Shown: piece by piece, positions 1-5,965 of the stretch
Layout of the letters: each line of letters opens with the position of its first letter
How positions within the stretch are numbered: position 1 is the first letter of the stretch
Sequence record: DRR723986_1367
Strand: one strand, 5' to 3'
Length of the DNA: 38,552 bases
Position numbers and translations under genes: made by a program
The notes under the pieces: model-generated
Database searches by the model: none
Seen by the model: only the letters and a program-made list of their open reading frames with translations
What the model was told of the DNA's origin: nothing

Positions 1-1
1 C

Positions 2-1759
2 ATCGACCACGGTAAATCCACGCTGGCGGACCGGATGATTCAGCGCACCGGTGCGCTGTCTGACCGCGAGATGCAAGCACAAGTGCTGGATAGCATGGAC
101 ATTGAGCGCGAGCGGGGCATTACCATTAAGGCGCAAACCGTGCGGCTGGAGTATACCGCGCAAGACGGTGAGAAATATGTCCTGAACCTGATGGACACGC
201 CCGGCCATGTTGACTTTGCCTATGAGGTCAGCCGCTGCCTGTCGGCCTGTGAAGGCTCGCTGCTGGTGGTTGACGCAAGCCAGGGTGTTGAAGCGCAAAC
301 GCTGGCCAACGTGTATCAGGCCATTGAAAATGACCATGAAATTGTGCCGGTGCTGAATAAAATTGACCTGCCCGCCGCCGAGCCCGCGCGCGTACGCACC
401 CAGATTGAAGATGTCATCGGCCTTGATGCTTCGGATGCGGTGGAATGCTCCGCCAAGTCTGGCCTTGGCATTGATGATGTGCTGGAAGCGGTTGTTACCC
501 GCCTACCTGCGCCCGCCGGCGACCGCGATGCGCCCCTGAAAGCGCTGCTGGTTGACAGTTGGTATGATGCCTACCTTGGGGTGATGGTCCTTATCCGTGT
601 GCTGGACGGCACGGTGAAGAAGGGCCAGACCATTAAAATGATGGCCGCTGACACGGTGCACCAGGTTGACAAAGTTGGTGTGTTCACCCCCAAGGGTGTA
701 ACGGTGCCTGAGCTGGGGCCGGGCGATGTGGGTTTCATCACCGGTTCCATCAAGGAAGTGGCCGAGACCAATGTGGGTGACACCATCACTGACGCCAAGC
801 GCCCCTGCGCCGAGGCGCTGCCGGGCTTTAAGCCTAGCCAGTCTGTGGTATTTTGCGGCCTGTTCCCTGCCGACACCAGCGAGTATGAGGCGCTGAAAGA
901 AGCGCTGGCCAAACTGCGGCTGAATGATGCCAGCTTTGATTTTGAAACTGAAAGCAGCACCGCGCTGGGCTTTGGCTTCCGCTGTGGTTTCCTTGGCATG
1001 CTACATCTGGAAATTATTCAGGAGCGCATCAACCGCGAGTTTGATATTGAGCTGATTACCACCAGCCCCAGCGTTATTTACGAGGTTAACCTGAACAACG
1101 GCGATGTGCTGGAAATGCACAACCCCGCCGACCTGCCGGATGTGGTCTACATCGACCATATTAAAGAGCCGTGGATTGACGCGACCATTTTGGTGCCTGA
1201 CGATTATTTGGGTGTGGTGCTGAAGCTGTGCGAGGACAAGCGCGGCATTCAGGAAGACCTGACCTATGTGGGCGCGCGTGCCATGCTGAAGTATAAGCTG
1301 CCGCTGAATGAAGTGGTCTATGACTTTTACGACAGGCTGAAGTCTGTCAGCCGGGGCTATGCCAGCTTTGACTATGAGGTGAGCGGCTACGAGCAATCTG
1401 ACTTGGTGAAAATGTCTATTCTCGTCAACGCTGAGCCGGTTGATGCGCTTTCCATGTTGGTGCACCGGTCTCAGGCTGAAAGCCGGGGCCGGGCATTGTG
1501 CGCGCGATTGAAAGACCTGATCCCGCGGCAATTGTTCAAAATTCCGATCCAGGCGGCGATTGGCGGCAAAATTATTGGCCGCGAAACCATTTCCGCCATG
1601 CGCAAGGATGTAACCGCCAAATGTTACGGCGGCGACGTGACCCGCAAGAAAAAACTGCTCGAGAAGCAGAAAAAGGGCAAGGCCAAGATGCGCATGTACG
1701 GCAAGGTGGAAATTCCGCACAGTGCTTTCATCGCCGCGCTTAAAATGCGCGAAACCTAG
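2..1759 (+). CDS. lepA: Translation elongation factor 4 (LepA), 5'-truncated by window edge
   Basis: Frame open from position 2 ([12 protein letters not shown]...). Motifs [30 protein letters not shown] and C-terminal [11 protein letters not shown]. Confidence 0.99.
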   Translation: MDHGKSTLADRMIQRTGALSDREMQAQVLDSMDIERERGITIKAQTVRLEYTAQDGEKYVLNLMDTPGHVDFAYEVSRCLSACEGSLLVVDASQGVEAQTLANVYQAIENDHEIVPVLNKIDLPAAEPARVRTQIEDVIGLDASDAVECSAKSGLGIDDVLEAVVTRLPAPAGDRDAPLKALLVDSWYDAYLGVMVLIRVLDGTVKKGQTIKMMAADTVHQVDKVGVFTPKGVTVPELGPGDVGFITGSIKEVAETNVGDTITDAKRPCAEALPGFKPSQSVVFCGLFPADTSEYEALKEALAKLRLNDASFDFETESSTALGFGFRCGFLGMLHLEIIQERINREFDIELITTSPSVIYEVNLNNGDVLEMHNPADLPDVVYIDHIKEPWIDATILVPDDYLGVVLKLCEDKRGIQEDLTYVGARAMLKYKLPLNEVVYDFYDRLKSVSRGYASFDYEVSGYEQSDLVKMSILVNAEPVDALSMLVHRSQAESRGRALCARLKDLIPRQLFKIPIQAAIGGKIIGRETISAMRKDVTAKCYGGDVTRKKKLLEKQKKGKAKMRMYGKVEIPHSAFIAALKMRET

Positions 1760-1849
1760 TTTTCAGGCGGTCAGCCTATTAGGCGGTCGGGGCGGTCAGC
1801 GCTCGCTCGTCTCAAGCCTTCTAAATTTACATCTGTTTAAAATTGATGA

Positions 1850-2276
1850 GCCCAAAACGCCTTAAGCCAGCGCCCAAGCAGTGTGCTTGGGGCTGTGCTT
1901 TTGGGCCTTGGTCCCTGGGGAGGGCTGGGAGGGCTTAGGAGGTCTTCTAACAAATCCGCACGCTAGGGTGCGTACGGTATCAAATTGGTGCCGAGCAGAG
2001 CAGGAGTGAACACAGGCCGGCTCGGCGCGGCAGGTGTGTTCCGGGATAAATCCCTTTGCACGAACGGCCAGCGCGCCTGATGGGGGGAGCTGCGCTTGCC
2101 GTATAATCAGCCACTAATAACGGGAAAATATTAGCTGGCTGACCTTGGACCTATAAGCTTACTCAACAACCAGCGGAGGGAATGATGGTTTGCTGGGGGG
2201 TACACCCATACAAACCGTGTGTGATGCTGGTGGTTCAATCAAACTTATAGTGTGCGTGTCCTTTCGTTCGTCTTAC
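1850..2276. ncRNA. Candidate structured non-coding RNA / hairpin array (strand unresolved)
   Basis: Six stem-loops read by eye (1850-1906, 1957-1972, 1988-2028, 2064-2102, 2107-2142, 2165-2235). No credible ORF. A minus-strand promoter candidate lies at 2283-2311. Confidence 0.35.
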
Positions 2277-2282
2277 ACCCTC

Positions 2283-2311
2283 AACATAAGCAGGCCGTGT
2301 GCGTTCCGCAA
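2283..2311 (-). promoter_or_regulatory. Putative sigma70 promoter TTGCGG-N17-TATGTT, TSS about 2276
   Basis: Exact 17-bp spacer. The centre of the LysR box (2341) sits about 65 bp upstream of the predicted TSS, the usual LysR recognition-site position. Confidence 0.45.
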
Positions 2312-2333
2312 TACAGCGGCGCAATGTTTCCTG

Positions 2334-2348
2334 ATAGGAAAAACCTAT
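2334..2348. promoter_or_regulatory. LysR/OxyR-type box ATAG-N7-CTAT (copy 1)
   Basis: ATAGGAAAAACCTAT; 16 of 17 nt identical (2334-2350 vs 3776-3792) to the box in front of the LysR gene. Confidence 0.65.
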
Positions 2349-2432
2349 TGTGATAGGAATTTCGGTTAGGTTTGATCGATTATGCTCGGATTGGCGGTTT
2401 TCTGGGTTTTTGCTCTTGTAAAAGGACACTGT

Positions 2433-2449
2433 TCCCTAAACTTTAGGGA
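2433..2449. promoter_or_regulatory. Perfect 8-1-8 palindrome, possible operator
   Basis: TCCCTAAA-C-TTTAGGGA, about 80 bp upstream of the 2529 small ORF. Confidence 0.4.
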
Positions 2450-2528
2450 CACAGCCTTGGAAAAGGCAGGGCACGAAACGCCCCGTTTTAAGAATAAAAC
2501 CATTGATTAACACAGACAGGAGATCCCC

Positions 2529-2699
2529 ATGATTGGAACACGTGGAACAAGCGCAGGACGTATCGCCAAACTTCGCCGCCGGGTGCGCAGGCGCAATATG
2601 CGGCGGATACGGGCCGAGCAGGCAATGCAGGCGGTAAACACCCAAATTCAGCATGCGGCAAGCCATTTTGAGCGCAAGCCAGAAGCTGAAGCTGTTTAG
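2529..2699 (+). CDS. Small Arg-rich hypothetical protein (56 aa), not in ORF track
   Basis: CAGGAG RBS just upstream of ATG. Translation MIGTRGTSAGRIAKLRRRVRRRNMRRIRAEQAMQAVNTQIQHAASHFERKPEAEAV*. Followed by a GC hairpin. Confidence 0.6.
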   Translation: MIGTRGTSAGRIAKLRRRVRRRNMRRIRAEQAMQAVNTQIQHAASHFERKPEAEAV

Positions 2700-2723
2700 C
2701 CTTTGTTTGTAAGCATTTCCAGA

Positions 2724-2739
2724 GGGCGGTACGCCGCCC
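2724..2739. terminator. Hairpin between convergent small ORF and LysR gene
   Basis: GGGCGG-TACG-CCGCCC, UNCG-type tetraloop; no strong U tract. Confidence 0.45.
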
Positions 2740-2773
2740 CCATAACTATTGCCGCCCCAAAAGTGTTTATGGC

Positions 2774-3706
2774 TCAGGTTTCGATGGTGAAGGTTGGAAA
2801 TTTTACCTTAACCACGCTGCGAATAACCTCTGCCAGTTGGTGGTAGGCGGGTGCCCGCCCCGCACTGCTGCGCCACACCAGCCCTACCGAGCGGGTAATG
2901 GTTCGGTCATCCAGTTTTTTCACCACAACTTCACTTCGCGGCGAAATGTCAGAGTGCACATAAAGCGCTGGCAGGAAGGTGACACCCATGCCCATGCCAA
3001 CCATTTGGCGCAGGGCATCAAGGCTGGTGCCTTCATAATCGCGCAGGCGGGTTGCGCCGAAGTCTCGGCATAGGGCATTGATTTGGTCATGCAGGTGGTA
3101 TTCCGGGTTAAGCGACAGCATTTGAAGGCCTTCAAGGTCGTTTGATGTGATGCTGTCCCGGTCGGCTAGTGGGTGGTCAACGGCCATTGCAAGATACAGC
3201 GGTTCGCGGAACAGGCGGCACGTGACCAGCTCACTCCCGACGATAGGCAGCTGCGCCAGGATAACGTCATGCAGCCCGCGGTTCAGTTCGTGCACCATGT
3301 CTTGCGGTGGGGCTTCGCGCACATAGAGGTTCAGCTCGGGGTGGGCTTTGTGCAGCTTCGCCACCACCTGCGGCAACAGATAGGGCCCCAGCGTTGCTTT
3401 GGTGCCAAGCCGGATGGTGCCGACAAGGCCGTGCTGTGCGCCGGCAGTAAAATCAATAATGCCCTGCAGTTCGTCCACCACCCGGCGGGCGCGCGCACTC
3501 ACCTCTCGGCCAACCGGGGTGAGGGCAACGCCGGCACGGCCCCGCTCCACCAGGCGTACATCAAGCACATCTTCCAGATTTTGAATTTGCGCACTGAGCG
3601 ACGGTTGGCTGATGTTGCAGGCCTCCGCGGCATAGCGAAAATGTTTGGCATCTTCCAGGGCCACCAGATAGCGCAATTGCTTCAGCGTCAGGCGGTTGAT
3701 TTGCAT
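2774..3706 (-). CDS. LysR-family regulator, OxyR-like but lacking the peroxidatic Cys
   Basis: N-terminal LysR HTH (TLKQLRYLVAL...HFRYAAEACNISQPSLSAQIQNLE). OxyR-like segments TLGPYLLP and EGTSLDALRQMVGMGMGVTFLP. YHLHDQINALC replaces HCLRDQxxxxC. Confidence 0.92.
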   Translation of the reverse strand: MQINRLTLKQLRYLVALEDAKHFRYAAEACNISQPSLSAQIQNLEDVLDVRLVERGRAGVALTPVGREVSARARRVVDELQGIIDFTAGAQHGLVGTIRLGTKATLGPYLLPQVVAKLHKAHPELNLYVREAPPQDMVHELNRGLHDVILAQLPIVGSELVTCRLFREPLYLAMAVDHPLADRDSITSNDLEGLQMLSLNPEYHLHDQINALCRDFGATRLRDYEGTSLDALRQMVGMGMGVTFLPALYVHSDISPRSEVVVKKLDDRTITRSVGLVWRSSAGRAPAYHQLAEVIRSVVKVKFPTFTIET

Positions 3707-3774
3707 GGTCTTTCTCCGGTGAGGAAGGCGCAGGGTTTGGGCAGGCGCGCATCTGAAATTACGGCGGCACTATA

Positions 3775-3791
3775 AATAGGAAAATCCTATT
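3775..3791. promoter_or_regulatory. LysR/OxyR-type box (copy 2) in the divergent LysR / DUF465 promoter
   Basis: Perfect palindrome AATAGGA-AAA-TCCTATT containing ATAG-N7-CTAT. Centre (3783) is about 65 bp upstream of the TSS implied by a -10-like CTATATA at 3835-3841. Confidence 0.7.
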
Positions 3792-3883
3792 GAAAAATCA
3801 ATATCCATTGTCTTTTTGTATTGCTCAAGACACTCTATATACGAACGATGGTTAGAAACTCATCAAGCTCGAAAGAGACGCCA

Positions 3884-4126
3884 ATGCAGGAAGCGCATAC
3901 GCACAGATCAATTGGCCAGCGGCTCAGCGCTTTGAGGCGGCGGTATAGTATAATTGACGGACGTATCGATGCCGAGTTCAAGCGACCAAAGCCAGACCCT
4001 CTTTTGATTGTCAAGTACAAGCGGATTAGACTTGCGGTGAAAGATGAGATAACATCTTTGCTTTATATTAAGACCACTTTAGGCAATAATGCGAATCAAT
4101 TTTCTGATTCGAAATTGATTCGTTAG
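3884..4126 (+). CDS. DUF465 / YdcH-family small coiled-coil protein (80 aa)
   Basis: RLSALRRRYSIIDGRIDAEFKRPKPDPLLIVKYKRIRLAVKDEI fits the DUF465 pattern. Start moved to ATG 3884 after GAAAGAGA. Confidence 0.7.
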   Translation: MQEAHTHRSIGQRLSALRRRYSIIDGRIDAEFKRPKPDPLLIVKYKRIRLAVKDEITSLLYIKTTLGNNANQFSDSKLIR

Positions 4127-4143
4127 TGATTCGAAATTAGTAT
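4092..4143 (+). promoter_or_regulatory. Cluster of four TGATTCG (GANTC) sites overlapping a putative TTGATT-N17-TAGTAT promoter
   Basis: TGATTCG at 4105, 4116 and 4127 (11-bp period) plus inverted CGAATCA at 4092. -35 at 4115-4120, -10 at 4138-4143. Confidence 0.5.
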
Positions 4144-4194
4144 TTTATCACTATGAAAATATCGCCTCGTAGAACGTCAGAACTTCGATACTTA

Positions 4195-4246
4195 TCTTCA
4201 GGTTAAAATAAAGTCTCTGGTCTTCAGGTTAGAATAAAGTCTCTGG
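4195..4246. repeat. 26-bp tandem duplication (1 mismatch)
   Basis: TCTTCAGGTTAAAATAAAGTCTCTGG / TCTTCAGGTTAGAATAAAGTCTCTGG; partial third TCTTCAGGT at 4321. Confidence 0.9.
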
Positions 4247-4252
4247 GCTTTT

Positions 4253-4323
4253 TCTAATTTCGTCCAGTTTGCCTCTAATTTTGGTATGTTTTCTTCTAAT
4301 TTTGGCTGGTTAAATTCTATTCT
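4253..4323. repeat. Phased 21-bp direct repeats
   Basis: TCTAATTT at 4253, 4274 and 4295, degenerate TCTATTCT at 4316. Units 1-3 share TCTAATTT.G....GTT. Confidence 0.8.
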
Positions 4324-4438
4324 TCAGGTATTTTTTTATAAAAACACATCGTTTTTGTCAGAAAACCGTCAATACTATCTTCATTAGCAGACGCTATTTA
4401 CAGATTTTTAACGCCTAAGGTTGTATTTTATGTGCATA

Positions 4439-4523
4439 GATACAGCTCATTAGCTCCCTTATTCTGACTGTGTCCAGCGGGACCGCCCTTTCTCCCCCTG
4501 AAAGCGGTTCCGCTTTCTTTTTT
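4439..4523 (+). ncRNA. Candidate trans-acting sRNA with two C-rich (anti-SD) loops and an intrinsic terminator
   Basis: Hairpin GATACAG/CTGTGTC with loop containing AGCTCCC. Hairpin AGCGGGACCGC/GCGGTTCCGCT with loop TCCCCCT, then TTCTTTTTT. G-U pairs in both stems favour the + strand. Confidence 0.55.
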
Positions 4524-4659
4524 GCTCTGCAAGTATTTCAATTGCGCAATGGTTCGCGTTTATATGCTCTTTATTTTTTTAGCTAAATCCATATCCAGCT
4601 TGCATTTTCCCTGTAAAATACTCTTAATAGGTTTTGGGGGTTGCCTGAGAGATACGGTG

Positions 4660-5493
4660 ATGAAATTACTGGTTGCCATTTGCCTGATGATAACAGGCTT
4701 GATTGTCAATGCGCCCACAGCCCGTGCGCAAACCCTTATTGACACCAATGACCCGCGCCAGCTGGCGCTGGACATATATTCTGGTGTTGTTCGCGGCGGC
4801 GAACCTGCGATAATTGCCCTTAGATTACAAGCGCTTGTACGGATTTTTCGGTATCGTTGTACGCGCTTGACTGACTATCAGGTTTTCAATCAACGCACCA
4901 ATATTGTTGACTTTAAAGCCAAGTGCAGTGGCGACCCGCTTTACGGAGTTACCGTTGCGTCAAACGGCTATGTTTCTGTCTATGGCGGCAATGGTATTTT
5001 ATCAGGCTTCAACCGTACAGATGGTTTGATCCTTAGCTTTGCGGGTGATGGTGACCTTCAGGGTGACAGTGCTTTAACAGTTGAACAAGCAGTGGGTGAT
5101 ACGGTTGAAAGGCTTGACCTGAGCAACGAGGTGAATGCGATTTCCGTGGTCGGTATTATCTCTGGAACGCTGGCCTTTATCATAGTGATCGGTATTGTCT
5201 GGTGGCAGGCTTGGAAGCATAAGCTTACCCGAAAGCCTCGCCAACGTATGAAGCCGATGCAAAAACACAGGGTTTCCGCTTCAACGAGCGATAAAGACCT
5301 CTATGTTGCCGAAAGCGAAGAGGTTGGCAAGCATCTGTTCCGTCATCCCCAAGGCTTTTATATTGCGCGCGGTAAGCGAGGCAAACGCCGGTTTTTCAAA
5401 AGTCGTATTTGGGCCAAGCTCTATGCCGCTCGTGGATGGCGCATGTTTGAAATTAGCCCGCCAAAACGGCAGGATACTGTCAGTCCCGCTTAG
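4660..5493 (+). CDS. Hypothetical single-pass membrane protein with signal peptide
   Basis: MKLLVAICLMITGLIVNAPTARA signal peptide, TM helix (VVGIISGTLAFIIVIGIVWW), basic C-terminal domain. Start moved from 4522 to ATG 4660. Confidence 0.75.
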   Translation: MKLLVAICLMITGLIVNAPTARAQTLIDTNDPRQLALDIYSGVVRGGEPAIIALRLQALVRIFRYRCTRLTDYQVFNQRTNIVDFKAKCSGDPLYGVTVASNGYVSVYGGNGILSGFNRTDGLILSFAGDGDLQGDSALTVEQAVGDTVERLDLSNEVNAISVVGIISGTLAFIIVIGIVWWQAWKHKLTRKPRQRMKPMQKHRVSASTSDKDLYVAESEEVGKHLFRHPQGFYIARGKRGKRRFFKSRIWAKLYAARGWRMFEISPPKRQDTVSPA

Positions 5494-5556
5494 GGCAGAG
5501 TTGCCTGGGTATCGCCTATTAGGTGGCCTACGCGGCTGATTTCGGGGTGTATTAAG

Positions 5557-5835
5557 CTATCGCCTGAACGGTGATGTCCAGGTAACACCGGTTACCGCGG
5601 CGACAAAGTCAGCGGCAAAAACCAGAAAAACGATCAGCCCGGTAAGCTGAATATAAAAATGTGGCACAATGGGAACGTTACCAATAAGCGCTCTACTCTC
5701 GCGCCAACGCCCAAAAGCCCATAGAGCCACACCGGCGATCATTCCAATAAAAGCATACCAACCCACAAGCGTTCCTCTCAGCGCAGGCGCTCTCTTTAAC
5801 CGGAAAAGTACATGCACCCAACAAAATTTATGCAC
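5557..5835 (-). CDS. Small hypothetical membrane protein (2 TM)
   Basis: Two hydrophobic stretches. True start may be a few codons downstream. Confidence 0.55.
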   Translation of the reverse strand: MHKFCWVHVLFRLKRAPALRGTLVGWYAFIGMIAGVALWAFGRWRESRALIGNVPIVPHFYIQLTGLIVFLVFAADFVAAVTGVTWTSPFRR

Positions 5836-5965
5836 CGAGCCTTTCTATAACTGAAATTATCGTCTCACAAATTGGCCTCAGTAAAGCTTTTCAAGTGAAG
5901 GCGGCGCTGGTAGTCTCGGACATATGCAGAGTCAAAGTAAACGTACAGAAGGGACAGGGAACATT

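Noticed and set aside
571-1743. Long alternative ORFs within lepA (571-999, 1001-1720, 1498-1743)
   Set aside because: Shadow or alternate frames of a conserved gene with no protein-like motifs; the same applies to nested ORFs in pckA, the NSS transporter and the J-domain gene.
2145-2156. TTGGACCTATAA identical to part of the MocR operator (23447-23458)
   Set aside because: Single isolated half-site without the required repeat partners; chance 12-mer matches are expected in a 38-kb window.
2235-2666. Track ORFs 2235-2429 (-) and 2436-2666 (-)
   Set aside because: No RBS or family signal; they overlap the LysR box, the promoter candidate and the better-supported 2529-2699 (+) ORF.
2774-3706. 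Assigning the symbol oxyR
   Set aside because: The peroxidatic Cys is absent and no peroxide-defence genes are adjacent.
4195-4330. Possible mini-CRISPR
   Set aside because: The 26-bp repeats are head-to-tail with no spacer, the 21-bp period is too short for repeat plus spacer, and no cas genes are present.
1760-4523. Prophage or integrative element after lepA
   Set aside because: No integrase, transposase, tRNA target or flanking att-like direct repeat seen; the three GGCGGTC repeats at about 1766-1797 are too short to interpret.
4522-4659. N-terminal extension of ORF 4522-5493
   Set aside because: Starts inside a terminator U-tract; the signal peptide begins at ATG 4660.
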